Source: Patescibacteria group bacterium
GTDB taxonomy: Bacteria > Patescibacteriota > Microgenomatia > PFEM01 > JAHIFH01
DNA: 64,000 nucleotides
Assembly: GCA_035529375.1 (NCBI GenBank)
Contig: DATKWU010000009.1
Location: forward strand, 157,848 to 221,847
Reading direction: 5' to 3'
Positions 50,200-60,667 of the stretch are shown here, piece by piece (within the stretch, counting starts at the first letter, position 1; each line of letters opens with the position of its first letter). Position numbers and translations under genes: made by a program. The notes under the pieces are model-generated. The model searched no databases, was not told where the DNA came from, and was given only the letters and a program-made list of their open reading frames with translations.

Positions 50200-50676
50200 T
50201 TACCACCTGAAGTGAGCAAAGGCTTTATTAGCTTCAGCAATTTTATTAATTTCTTCTTTCTTAGCGACCGCGCCGCCTTCTTTTTTAGCCGCCTCGATTA
50301 ACTCAACCGCTAATTTCTCATAAAAGTGATGGTATTCCTTATTGGGCCTTGCTTGGGCGGCCTGAATAAGCCAACGAATAGCCAGTGATTCTCGCCGGTC
50401 ACCTTTAACCGGTATCGGTACTTGGTAAGCAGCACCGCCAACTCGACGAGGTCGAACCTCCATTTGAGGTTTAACATTTTCCAAAGCTTGATGAAAAATT
50501 TCCAAAGGATTGCTTTTGGTTTTTTCTTCAATAAGTTTAAAAGCCTGATAAACATGTTTTTGGGCAACTGATTTCTTTCCCTGACGCATCGTCCGATTGA
50601 TCAACTTGGTCACTAACCGGCTTTTATAGACTTCATCAGGAACGACCGTTCTTTTTGGTGCTCTTTTACCTCTCAT
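50200..50676 (-). CDS. rpsG: 30S ribosomal protein S7
   Basis: [27 protein letters not shown]. Confidence 0.99.
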   Translation of the reverse strand: MRGKRAPKRTVVPDEVYKSRLVTKLINRTMRQGKKSVAQKHVYQAFKLIEEKTKSNPLEIFHQALENVKPQMEVRPRRVGGAAYQVPIPVKGDRRESLAIRWLIQAAQARPNKEYHHFYEKLAVELIEAAKKEGGAVAKKEEINKIAEANKAFAHFRW

Positions 50677-51160
50677 TGTTTTCTCCTTTCTCTTCTCCTT
50701 TTTTCTCAGTTCTTTCGTCACTCTTTCCGCCACCAGCTGCTGGTGTGGCGGCGGCGCCCTTACGGGTACCATATTTGGATCGAGCCTTTTTTCTGTCCTC
50801 TACGCCGGCCGTATCAAATTTACCTCTAACCACATGATATTTCACTCCTGGTAAATCTTTAACTCGACCACCCCTAACTAAAACAACCGCATGTTCAGCC
50901 AGATTATGACCTTCACCAGCAATATAGGCGGTCACTTCCTTTTTATTAGAAAGCCTAACTCGAGCCACTTTTCTTAAAGCCGAATTAGGTTTCTTAGGAG
51001 GCATTGTTTTGACATAAAGAACTACTCCTCGTTTAAAGGGATTGGTTGCTTCTGTCATTCGCCTGTCTTTGGCATTAAAAGTTTTTCGCAAGGCAGCCGC
51101 TTTGACCTTTTTTCTTGTTTTCTTTCTGCCTTTACGAATTAATTGACTGATTCTTGGCAT
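50666..51160 (-). CDS. rpsL: 30S ribosomal protein S12
   Basis: [20 protein letters not shown]. Confidence 0.99.
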   Translation of the reverse strand: MPRISQLIRKGRKKTRKKVKAAALRKTFNAKDRRMTEATNPFKRGVVLYVKTMPPKKPNSALRKVARVRLSNKKEVTAYIAGEGHNLAEHAVVLVRGGRVKDLPGVKYHVVRGKFDTAGVEDRKKARSKYGTRKGAAATPAAGGGKSDERTEKKGEEKGENNER

Positions 51161-51203
51161 ATTTTTATTCTATCATGAATTTAGGTTCAAATAAAGGAGT
51201 TTT

Positions 51204-54200
51204 TCACTCTTCAATCTTAGCTCTCTCTGGAGTCACTGGAATTAAACGACCAATAATTACATTTTCTTTAAGACCAAGTAGCTTATCTTCTTTCCCTTCA
51301 ACTGCGGCATCGGTCAAAACAATGGTGGTTCTTTCAAAGGAGGCAGCCGAAAGCCAGGATTCGGTGTAAATTGAAGAACGACTTATCCCCAGGATCACCA
51401 CTTGAGCTGAGGCCGGCTCGCCACCCTCCGCCAGTACTTTTTCATTCTCCTCTTCAAAAGTAGTCCGATTAACAAACTGACCAGGTAACAAAGAAGTATC
51501 GCCTGAAGTTTCTATCCGAACTTTATCGCTCATTTTCTTGACAATCACCTCAAAATGCTTATCTTGAATCTGAATTCCTTGTGATTCATAAACCATCTGT
51601 AGTTCCTCAATCAAATAGGCCTGAGCGGCTTTTAGGCCTCTGACTTCTAAGACTTCTCTTGTGTCAAGCGATCCAGTCGCCAATTGAGTTCCGGCATCAA
51701 CCAAGTCTCCATCACTAACATTAATTTCACTAACGGCTGGAATAAGATATTCTTTTTCTTCAGGAGGTTTAACACCAACTGTCTTTATCTTTATTTTATA
51801 ACTTTCTTCTGTTTCCAAAACTTCAACCTTCCCAGCAATTTCGGCTAGGGGCGCCAAAATTTTGGGCTTTCTAGCTTCAAATAACTCTTCAACTCTCGGC
51901 AAACCTTGAGTCACGTCAGAAACAGCAATCCCACCAAAATGATGAGTTCTTAAAGTCAGCTGAGTACCTGGTTCGCCAATTGATTGAGCCCCGATTACCC
52001 CCACTGGTGTTCCTATTTCTACCATGGTTTTAGTGGAAAAATCCCAACCATAACATTGAACACACATACCATGCTTCGTCTCGCAGGTCAAAGGTGAACG
52101 AATTTGGAGATTATTGATATTGTGTTTTTCTAAAAGGCCAATATTATTTTCGGTAATTAACTCGCCTTTTTTAAGGATGATTTTCTTTGTTTTAGGATCA
52201 CTAACCTTCTTAGCCAAAACCCGACCCAAAGCTCTCTCCAAAAACTTATCGCCCCTCTTGCCGGAACGATTAATTTCAATTGAATCTTTCGTCCCACAAT
52301 CTTCTTCACGAACAATAACGTCATGGGCGACATCAATCAATCGCCGCGTTAAATAACCGGCATCAGCGGTCTTCAAAGCCGTATCAGTTAAACCCTTGCG
52401 TCCACCTCTAGCGGAAGTAATGTATTCAAAAACCGATAAACCTTCTCTGAAATTCGATTTGACCGGCAACTCAACAATTTTACCCAAAGGGTCAACCACG
52501 AGCCCTTGCATGGCTGAAAGTTGCTTAACCTGTTCTTTAGAAGCTCTGCCTACTTTAGCTTCAATAATTAAGCGAACACTGTTTTCCAAATCAAATTTTT
52601 CCCAAGTTTTATCCGCCAATTCCTCTGTTGTTTCCATCCAAACTTCTTGGGTCAAACGTCGCTTTTCCTGATCAGTAATTAATCCTTTATTAAAGTTATT
52701 CTCGATTTCGGCCACCTTCTGATTCGCCTGATCAATCACCTTCTTTTTATCATCTAACATTGTGCAATCCATCACCCCAACTGAAAGACCAGAAAGAGTT
52801 GATCCCCAAAAACCAATCATCTTAATATCATCGACTAAATTGACCACCGTCTTTTTCTGACAGATCTGGATGGCTCGGGTAATCAAAGCTTTCACGGTCG
52901 GTCCTTTAACTTCATCATTGATAAAGGCTAATTCTTTAGGCAGAATTTTGTTGAAGATAATTCTTCCAGGAGTGGTTTCCATAATTTTGCCGTCAATTTT
53001 AACTTTAACCAATCGACGCAGTTCAACCTTCTTCCCCTGATAAGCTAAAATTACTTCTACTTGACTGGCAAAAATCGTTGGGTAGATTGGCAACTTAGTA
53101 TTAACCGCAGTGACAAAAAAGCAACCTAAAGCCATTTCTTTACTCGGAATTGTCACCGGGCTGCCATCAGAAGGTTTAAGTAAATTTTGTTCGGGGAACA
53201 TTAAATCTATAGATTCTTTCTTTGCTTTGGCGCTCAGAGGAATATGAACCGCCATTTGGTCACCATCAAAATCAGCGTTAAAACCAGCACAAACACAAGG
53301 ATGAATTTGAATAGCTTCACCCTCAATTAAAACAGGGTAAAAGGCCTGGATGCCTAATTTATGGAGGGTTGGTGCTCGATTGAGGAGAACAGGATGATCT
53401 TTGGTGATTCTTCCAAGAATATCAAAAACTTCAGGTGGTTTTTGATCAAGAACATTTTTGGCATTCTTAACATTAGGAGCAATCCCGGTCAAAATCATCT
53501 CTCGTAAAACAAAAGGTTTAAACATTTCCAAAGCCATTTCTTTCGGTAAACCACATTGATTAAGCTTTAATTCTGGCCCAACCACAATGACCGAACGACC
53601 CGAGTAATCAACTCGCTTACCCAATAAATTCTGCCTAAAACGTCCTTGTTTACCTCGCAACATATCAGAAAGAGACCGTAATGGTTGGTTACCCCGACGA
53701 TAACGACGAATTGGCCTTTTGGAAGCATCAATTAGCGTATCGACTGATTCTTGAAGCATTCTCTTTTCATTTCGAAGAATGATTTCTGGGGCTCCTAAAT
53801 CAATTAAATGCTTCAAACGATTATTCCGATTGATAACCCGGCGATAAAGATCATTCAAATCACTAGTTGCAAACCGGCCACCTGAAAGTTGAACCATCGG
53901 TCGTAGATCTGGAGGAATAACGGGCAAATTCTTTAAAATCATCCAGGCTGGATCAATTTCAGCTTTTCTAAATCCTTCAACTACTTGCAATCTCTTAATC
54001 GCTTTGATATGACGAGCACCTTTACTTTCCTTAACTACTTTCCTCAAATCAGCCGCTAGCTTCTCGAGATCAATCATTTTAATAGCTTCTATGACTGCCT
54101 CAGCTCCCATATTCACCTTGAAAAAACCAGCTGCTTTATACTCAACCAGCTTCAAATATTCATCTTCACTTAAAAGGGCTTTTTCTTTCAAACCATTGGC

Positions 54201-54908
54201 AAGATTAATAATCGCTTGGTAAATTTCTTCAGCCCGCTCTCCTTCAGCTAGATATTCATCCCGAAGATTTTGGATTTTTTGTTTAGTTTTAAGTTCAATT
54301 TCTCCCAGAGCTAATGTCTGTCGTTCTTTATCCTTAATTTCTTTTCTAATTCTGGTCTTTTCTTTATTAACTTTTTCTTTGGCTTCCCTGATCTTTCCTT
54401 CGCACTCTTCTTTAAGGGTATTTTTCTTTTCCAATAAGTCTTTCTTTAAACGGTCAATTATTTTTTGCTGTTTTTTCTCGTCAACTCCAAAAATTAAATA
54501 TTGAGAGAAATAAATCACCGATTCTAAACCACGTGGAGAGATATCAAGAAGAAGGGATAATTTCGAAGGCATCCCTTTGAAAAACCAAATATGGGCTATT
54601 GGTGAGGCTAAGCTAATATGACCCATTCTCTCTCGCCTGACTCGAGATTGGGTTACTTCAACACCACATTTATCACAAATAATACCGCGATAGCGAATTC
54701 GTTTATATTTACCACAGTAACACTCCCAATCTTTGGTTGGACCAAAAATCCTCTCACAAAAAAGACCGTCCTTCTCTGGTTTTAAAGTTCGATAATTAAT
54801 CGTTTCTGGTTTGGTCACTTCACCATGAGACCAATCCTTAATCTCCTGGGGCGAAGCCAGTTTAATTCTTAAACCAGAAAAATCAACAATTTTTCTACCA
54901 AAAATCAC
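51204..54908 (-). CDS. rpoC: RNA polymerase beta' subunit
   Basis: NADFDGD, GKRVDYSGRSV, TQGLPRVEELFEAR. Confidence 0.99.
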   Translation of the reverse strand: MIFGRKIVDFSGLRIKLASPQEIKDWSHGEVTKPETINYRTLKPEKDGLFCERIFGPTKDWECYCGKYKRIRYRGIICDKCGVEVTQSRVRRERMGHISLASPIAHIWFFKGMPSKLSLLLDISPRGLESVIYFSQYLIFGVDEKKQQKIIDRLKKDLLEKKNTLKEECEGKIREAKEKVNKEKTRIRKEIKDKERQTLALGEIELKTKQKIQNLRDEYLAEGERAEEIYQAIINLANGLKEKALLSEDEYLKLVEYKAAGFFKVNMGAEAVIEAIKMIDLEKLAADLRKVVKESKGARHIKAIKRLQVVEGFRKAEIDPAWMILKNLPVIPPDLRPMVQLSGGRFATSDLNDLYRRVINRNNRLKHLIDLGAPEIILRNEKRMLQESVDTLIDASKRPIRRYRRGNQPLRSLSDMLRGKQGRFRQNLLGKRVDYSGRSVIVVGPELKLNQCGLPKEMALEMFKPFVLREMILTGIAPNVKNAKNVLDQKPPEVFDILGRITKDHPVLLNRAPTLHKLGIQAFYPVLIEGEAIQIHPCVCAGFNADFDGDQMAVHIPLSAKAKKESIDLMFPEQNLLKPSDGSPVTIPSKEMALGCFFVTAVNTKLPIYPTIFASQVEVILAYQGKKVELRRLVKVKIDGKIMETTPGRIIFNKILPKELAFINDEVKGPTVKALITRAIQICQKKTVVNLVDDIKMIGFWGSTLSGLSVGVMDCTMLDDKKKVIDQANQKVAEIENNFNKGLITDQEKRRLTQEVWMETTEELADKTWEKFDLENSVRLIIEAKVGRASKEQVKQLSAMQGLVVDPLGKIVELPVKSNFREGLSVFEYITSARGGRKGLTDTALKTADAGYLTRRLIDVAHDVIVREEDCGTKDSIEINRSGKRGDKFLERALGRVLAKKVSDPKTKKIILKKGELITENNIGLLEKHNINNLQIRSPLTCETKHGMCVQCYGWDFSTKTMVEIGTPVGVIGAQSIGEPGTQLTLRTHHFGGIAVSDVTQGLPRVEELFEARKPKILAPLAEIAGKVEVLETEESYKIKIKTVGVKPPEEKEYLIPAVSEINVSDGDLVDAGTQLATGSLDTREVLEVRGLKAAQAYLIEELQMVYESQGIQIQDKHFEVIVKKMSDKVRIETSGDTSLLPGQFVNRTTFEEENEKVLAEGGEPASAQVVILGISRSSIYTESWLSAASFERTTIVLTDAAVEGKEDKLLGLKENVIIGRLIPVTPERAKIEE

Positions 54909-57900
54909 TCTACCTCCTTTTCTTTAACAATAGTTGCGCCTGACGCTTGGGCTAATTCCTCTGCTTCCCCTCTCGCTTCTTCTTCTTCCTTCAACTCTTC
55001 TTCTGTTTCCTCTTTTTCTTTTTCTTCAATCACGCCAGTAGGTTCAATTTTTAAGCTAAGACTATTTAATTCCTTAACCAAAACTTTAAAAGATTCAGGG
55101 ACAGTTGATTCCGGAATTTCTGTTCCCTTAACAATCGCTTCAAAGCTTTTTGCCCGACCAACAACATCATCACTCTTAATCGTTAACATTTCCTGAAGGG
55201 TATTAGCCGCTCGATGGGCTTCGAGTGCCCAAACTTCCATCTCTCCCAAACGTTGACCACCCATTTGGGCTTTACCTCCTAATGGCTGTTGGGTGACTAA
55301 GGAATAGGGACCAGTTGAACGGGCGTGACTTTTATCTTCAACCATGTGAGCCAGCTTGAGAATATAGCTAATTCCAACTACACTTTTCTTCTCAAAGGTT
55401 TCACCTGTTCGTCCGTCGTAAAGAGTGACTTTACCGTCAACCGGTAAACCTGCCTTCTTCAAAGCTTGAACGATTTCTTCTTCACTAAGTTTCTCAAAAA
55501 CAGGTAAATCAACTTTATAGCCATCTTTCTTGGCTGCCCAGCCTAAGTGAGTTTCTAATAATTGACCTAGATTCATTCTCGTCAAAACCGAGAGGGGAGA
55601 AATGATGATATCCACAGGTGTACCGTCCGCCAGATAGGGCATGTCAGCTTCGGGAACAATCTTAGAAATAACTCCTTTATTACCATGACGACCAGCAATT
55701 TTATCACCCGCAGTTAATCGTCGCATTTGGGCCACTTTGACAATTACTTTCTTAAGAGTCCCTGGTTCGAGTTCATCACCCTTGATCCGATCCAATATCT
55801 GAACATCAATGACGGTTCCTCTTTCTCCGTGAGGCACCCGTAGAGAGGTATCACGAACTTCTCTTGCTTTTTCACCAAAAATCGCCCTTAGTAGCCTTTC
55901 TTCAGCCGTCAATTCTGTTTCCCCTTTAGGAGCAATCTTACCCACTAAAATATCGTGGGTGCCAACCTCGCTGCCAACCACTACAATACCATCCTCAGCC
56001 AGATTAGCCAGGTCAGACTCACCGACATTGGGAATATCCCGAGTGAGTTCTTCAGGACCAAGTTTTGTTTCCACCACCGAGGCTTCATATTCCTCAATCG
56101 TAATTGAAGTCAAAGCATCGTCTCTAACAACTCGATCAGAAACAACAATAGCATCTTCATAGCCTAGACCCTCAAAAGAAGCATAAGTAATCACCAAGTT
56201 TGTTCCTAAAGCCAGTTCACCTTGATCACAAGCCGGTCCATCAATCAATAAATCACCTTTTTTAACTAAATCTCCAGTCAAAACTAAGGGGTGCTGAGAG
56301 TAACAAGTGCTACTGGGACTAGTTCGTTTAAACTTAGTTAGATAATAAATCTCTTCCCTACCTTTGATTTTAATATATTCCGTATCCTGAAGATCATTCT
56401 TCTTACCATTAATTTTTAAGATAATCTCTTCGCTGTCAACATAAATGACTTTACCATCATGCCGAGCTCTAATAACCCAACCCATCTGTTCGGGAACAAC
56501 CGACTCCATGCCTGTACCAATTATTGGCATCTCTGGCTTGACTAAAGGAATTGCCTGACATTGCATATTGGTTCCCATTAAAGCTCGATTGGCCATATCA
56601 TGGGATAAGAAAGGAATCAAAGAAGCGGAAGTACCCACGATTTGTCGGGGAACAACATCAATATATTCCACTTTTTCCACCGGTGTTTCAAGGAATTCGC
56701 CCTGATAACGAACCGGTACCCAACTATCAATGATATAACTATTCTTATCGGTATGAACACCGCAATGAGTAATATAATGTTCCTGTTCATCATCAGCTTG
56801 GAGATAAACAATTTCATCGGTAATTTTCACTCGGTCTTTCCCCAGAATCTTCTTTCTAATCACCTTCCGATAAGGGGCTTCAAGAAAACCATATTCGTTC
56901 ACTCGAGTATAAAGAGCCATATAAGTCACCAAACCAATATTAGGTCCTTCAGGAGAACGAACCGGACAAATTCGGCCATATTGAGAAGCGTTGATATCGC
57001 GAATCGAGAAACTGGCTCTTTCTCGAGTAATACCTCCCGGTCCAGTAACTGAAAGTCGCCGCAAATTATCAATTTCGGAAAGGGGATTAACCTGATCTAG
57101 AATTGCGGAAAGTTGACTGGAACGGAAAAACTCATTAAGTAAAGCCACGACTGGCCGGGCATTAACCAATTGAACTGGACTTGCCTTCTCCTCAGTTGAA
57201 ATCAAACTCATTTTTTCTTTAATAGAACGCTCTAAACGAAGAAGGCCAACCCGAAAAACAGTATCAGTAACAATCTCGCCTACCCGGCGAACCCGGCGAT
57301 TAGACAAGTGATCAATATCATCAACTCTCCCTTCACCATTTTGGAGTTTAATCAAGTAACGAATGGAGGCGATAACGTCTTCTTGACGAAGAATCCAGTT
57401 CTTTTTTTCATTGGCGACTTTTAAATCCAAACGCCTATTGATTTTGTAACGACCAACCTTACCTAAGTTATAGCGCCGACTGTCAAAAAACATATTCTCA
57501 AACATCTCTCGGGCGTTATCCAAAACCGCAGGCTCACCCGGTCGCATTTTTTGATAAATCTCGATTAAAGCTTCTTCTTTGGTTTTAGTTGAATCTTTTT
57601 CTAAAGTGGCAAGAATATAATCGTTACTTTCCTTAATTAAATCCTTAAAAGTATCAATAATTTCTTCATCACTAACTAAACCAAAAGCCCGCAAAAGAAC
57701 TGTGATAGGAAATTTTCGCCTTCGGTCCAAACGACAACTGATAACGTCGTTGCGATTAATCTTAAACTCCAGCCAAGAACCTCGTAAGGGACGAATTTCC
57801 GCATTATAAAGCATTCGGCCGCTGACCCGGTCTATTTCACCAAAGAAAAACGCGCCCGGAGCGCGTATAATCTGGTTGATAACCCCTCTCTCGATCCCGT

Positions 57901-58267
57901 TAACAATAAAAGTCGCCCTTTCGGTCATCTGGGGAATATCACCCAAGAAAACTTCTCGAGTTACCTTCCGGTCATTCTTTTTGTTAATCAGAGTGGCTTC
58001 GACTCTTAGAGGGATATCATAAGTCAAACCTTTCCTAAGAGCTTCAGAAGGAGTTACTCGAGGTTTACCAAAATAATAATCACCGAAAGCCAATTGCCAA
58101 TTTTTACCGGTAAAGTCATCAATTGGAGAAATTTCTTCCAATGCCTCCTTAATCCCCTCTTTAATGAACCATTGGTACGACTCTCTCTGAGTTTCCAGGA
58201 GATTTAATGGTGGCAGATTTTTATATTCATGTCCCCAGTTTAGGCGCTTTATTTTAGCGGTGGGCAT
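54905..58267 (-). CDS. rpoB: RNA polymerase beta subunit
   Basis: GDK.AGRHGNKG, RMNLGQ, GGQRLGEME; start moved to MPTAK. Confidence 0.99.
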   Translation of the reverse strand: MPTAKIKRLNWGHEYKNLPPLNLLETQRESYQWFIKEGIKEALEEISPIDDFTGKNWQLAFGDYYFGKPRVTPSEALRKGLTYDIPLRVEATLINKKNDRKVTREVFLGDIPQMTERATFIVNGIERGVINQIIRAPGAFFFGEIDRVSGRMLYNAEIRPLRGSWLEFKINRNDVISCRLDRRRKFPITVLLRAFGLVSDEEIIDTFKDLIKESNDYILATLEKDSTKTKEEALIEIYQKMRPGEPAVLDNAREMFENMFFDSRRYNLGKVGRYKINRRLDLKVANEKKNWILRQEDVIASIRYLIKLQNGEGRVDDIDHLSNRRVRRVGEIVTDTVFRVGLLRLERSIKEKMSLISTEEKASPVQLVNARPVVALLNEFFRSSQLSAILDQVNPLSEIDNLRRLSVTGPGGITRERASFSIRDINASQYGRICPVRSPEGPNIGLVTYMALYTRVNEYGFLEAPYRKVIRKKILGKDRVKITDEIVYLQADDEQEHYITHCGVHTDKNSYIIDSWVPVRYQGEFLETPVEKVEYIDVVPRQIVGTSASLIPFLSHDMANRALMGTNMQCQAIPLVKPEMPIIGTGMESVVPEQMGWVIRARHDGKVIYVDSEEIILKINGKKNDLQDTEYIKIKGREEIYYLTKFKRTSPSSTCYSQHPLVLTGDLVKKGDLLIDGPACDQGELALGTNLVITYASFEGLGYEDAIVVSDRVVRDDALTSITIEEYEASVVETKLGPEELTRDIPNVGESDLANLAEDGIVVVGSEVGTHDILVGKIAPKGETELTAEERLLRAIFGEKAREVRDTSLRVPHGERGTVIDVQILDRIKGDELEPGTLKKVIVKVAQMRRLTAGDKIAGRHGNKGVISKIVPEADMPYLADGTPVDIIISPLSVLTRMNLGQLLETHLGWAAKKDGYKVDLPVFEKLSEEEIVQALKKAGLPVDGKVTLYDGRTGETFEKKSVVGISYILKLAHMVEDKSHARSTGPYSLVTQQPLGGKAQMGGQRLGEMEVWALEAHRAANTLQEMLTIKSDDVVGRAKSFEAIVKGTEIPESTVPESFKVLVKELNSLSLKIEPTGVIEEKEKEETEEELKEEEEARGEAEELAQASGATIVKEKEVE

Positions 58268-58364
58268 TGGCGATTTTTTATAATAAAAAGGACAGAGAAA
58301 ACCTAAGTATAGCAAAGAAGCGTACGCTTAGGTACGCCTACCCTACTATTGCTTAACTGGAAAA

Positions 58365-58393
58365 AGATTAACACATTAAAAGAAATCTGTCAA
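58365..58393 (-). promoter_or_regulatory. sigma70 promoter of rpoBC
   Basis: TTGACA-17 nt-TAATCT with TG extension. Confidence 0.7.
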
Positions 58394-58401
58394 GGACAAA
58401 A

Positions 58402-59427
58402 TCACCTCAAATATTTTTCTATATTCTCGCTATGTTCCTCGGCTGTTTTAGCGTAATAAATTTTTCCCTGACTATCAGAAAGGTAAAACCAATAATCAGT
58501 TTCTTGTGGATAAATCACGGCTTCGATTGAAGCTAGACCCGGATTGCAAATTGGTCCTAACGGTAAACCTTTATATTGATAAGTGTTATAAGGGGAATTA
58601 ATTTTCAAATCATCTTTAGTTAACTTTGCTGGCCACCAATCAACTTCTTGCCAGTCCTTACCCATTGAATTTCTTTGATTAGCAAGAGCATATTGAACCG
58701 TCGCATCGGCTTGAAGCGGCCAGCCCTCTCGCCAGCGTTTAAGTAGGATTCCAGCGATAATCGGACTGTCTTTACCTCCCTTTGATTCTCTTTCGACAAT
58801 CGACGCCAAAGTAATTACTTCTACCTGAGTTAAACCCGCTTTTTTAGCGGCAAGTTCTAATTCCAAAGAATATTTTTTTTCAGAGTTATTAGTTAAAATC
58901 TCTAAGACAGCTGAAGAACTGGCATCTTTAGGAATAAGATAGGTATCAGGAAAAAGATAACCCTCAAGATCATCTGTCAGTTGAAGAAATTGTGGATAAC
59001 TAAAATCTTCCAGATTACTGGCCAGGCGCCGGCCGAACTCTTCCCGACGCCAACCCTCAGGAAAAGTTAACCAAAGATCTAGACTGCCGTGAGTCAAAAG
59101 ATAAACCACCTCTTCAGCTGTCCAAGAAGGATTAATCCGAAAATCGCCAGCCTGAATCTTGCCTGATAAATTTTTAACCAGGACGAGAACCTTAAAAGCC
59201 GAAGCGCTTTTAACAAGACCTTCATCTTCTAATCGCTGAGCAATCAGAGATAAACCTTCGCCTTTGTGAATAACAAAAATCTGGCTTTGGCCTGGAGGTG
59301 ATTGAACTGGAGAAACTGCCCAGCGCCACCAAAAAAAGCCGCCAATAACAGCGGCAATCAGGAAGAAAAAGACAAGACTAAACTTCTTCAAAAAGGGCAC
59401 GACGATATTTTTTGGTTTTCGGATCAT
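58402..59427 (-). CDS. mltG: endolytic transglycosylase MltG
   Basis: EGYLFPDTY, LASIVERE, LQADATV.Y, SPYNTY...GLP; exact start uncertain. Confidence 0.93.
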   Translation of the reverse strand: MIRKPKNIVVPFLKKFSLVFFFLIAAVIGGFFWWRWAVSPVQSPPGQSQIFVIHKGEGLSLIAQRLEDEGLVKSASAFKVLVLVKNLSGKIQAGDFRINPSWTAEEVVYLLTHGSLDLWLTFPEGWRREEFGRRLASNLEDFSYPQFLQLTDDLEGYLFPDTYLIPKDASSSAVLEILTNNSEKKYSLELELAAKKAGLTQVEVITLASIVERESKGGKDSPIIAGILLKRWREGWPLQADATVQYALANQRNSMGKDWQEVDWWPAKLTKDDLKINSPYNTYQYKGLPLGPICNPGLASIEAVIYPQETDYWFYLSDSQGKIYYAKTAEEHSENIEKYLR

Positions 59428-59578
59428 AAATAAAAATCCGACCGCACTTACAAGTTACTTTGACGATACCGTCTTTTCTTTTAACTCTTTTTCCTTTATC
59501 TAATGGTGTTCCACAACCCACACACTGGCCACGACTTAAAAGCCAAGCTTGAACTGGAGCAATAATATTTTTAAACAT
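59378..59578 (-). CDS. small zinc-ribbon hypothetical protein
   Basis: CVGCG and CKCGR motifs; overlaps both neighbours. Confidence 0.65.
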   Translation of the reverse strand: MFKNIIAPVQAWLLSRGQCVGCGTPLDKGKRVKRKDGIVKVTCKCGRIFIYDPKTKKYRRALFEEV

Positions 59579-59954
59579 TTTGTTTATCTAAATAAGCTTG
59601 CAAAATAATCGCTGCGGCAAAAGCATCTTCCTTTTCTTGACGATATTTCTTTTTTTTGCCTACCTCTATCATTTTAGCAATTGCCTCTTTAGTGGTCAAG
59701 GTTTCGTCTTGGAAAAAAACTTCCAAGCCCGTGGCTTCTTTTAATCTTTGACCATACTCTTGTGCCTTCTGACCAATTTTGCCTTCGCTAACACCAATGA
59801 CAATCTCTTCTATTCCCTCCTGCTCAATTATTTGAATAATCTTGCTTAATGTTTCTCGATGATTCTTAATCACTACTAAGGGCTGAGCCAAACTATTATC
59901 AGTGATCGCGAGGCCAATCTTTACTATTCCAAAATCGACTCCTAGAATTCTCAT
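59571..59954 (-). CDS. ruvX: Holliday junction resolvase-like / pre-16S rRNA nuclease YqgF
   Basis: ILGVDFG..KIGLA, DE.LTT, DA.AA..ILQ.YL. Confidence 0.92.
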   Translation of the reverse strand: MRILGVDFGIVKIGLAITDNSLAQPLVVIKNHRETLSKIIQIIEQEGIEEIVIGVSEGKIGQKAQEYGQRLKEATGLEVFFQDETLTTKEAIAKMIEVGKKKKYRQEKEDAFAAAIILQAYLDKQNV

Positions 59955-60667
59955 ATTGCTACCAGTTGAGCCCGAATAACTAGCCTTCTTAAATAAGTAC
60001 CTGGAGGAACGCAAGTAATTAGAGAAAGCCATTGACTATCATAATTCTGTTCTAAAACAGTAATATCTCCAGGTTCTGTTTCAACCAGCTTTCTGACTAG
60101 ATAACGGTATTTGATACCGTCAAAGTCAACCAGAATCTCATCTCCCTTTTCAAGTTTAGGCAGAGTAGAAAAAATTGTTTTATAGTTTTTAGGGTTAAAA
60201 AACTGGGGTAAGACCGAATGACCAAAGATAACGGTGTTACCATATTGACCTGGTAAAGCGGTTCCCGGATACTGAACTAAACTAACCATCAAATCCTCCC
60301 CGCCAATTTGAACCGCAGCCTGGTTAATCTTCAACTTTGGAATATAAAGACTGTAATGGGTAATCCTGCTTGGTTGAGGCGGTAAGATTGGGACCGCCGG
60401 AAACCAAGTTTTAGGATTAGCGTAATTAATGTTGGCATCTTCGCCTAAAATAACACCCTGGGAAGAAACTGGACTGACTAGTTTTTGGGTAAAACGACTA
60501 TTAGTCAACTCATAATAAAGAATAGGCAAAACAGCATTGCTGATTAAAATCAAACCAGTTGTTAAGATCAAAAGAGACAAACCCCGCCAGATAAAAGCCG
60601 TTTTTCTCTGATAGGCTAATCGTTCTCCAAGAGGGGCAGATTTTAAATAGCGGTAAGGAACGGTCAT
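59951..60667 (-). CDS. sortase
   Basis: N-terminal TM, PG..GN.VI.GH, L.LITC.P, R catalytic motif. Confidence 0.9.
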   Translation of the reverse strand: MTVPYRYLKSAPLGERLAYQRKTAFIWRGLSLLILTTGLILISNAVLPILYYELTNSRFTQKLVSPVSSQGVILGEDANINYANPKTWFPAVPILPPQPSRITHYSLYIPKLKINQAAVQIGGEDLMVSLVQYPGTALPGQYGNTVIFGHSVLPQFFNPKNYKTIFSTLPKLEKGDEILVDFDGIKYRYLVRKLVETEPGDITVLEQNYDSQWLSLITCVPPGTYLRRLVIRAQLVAI

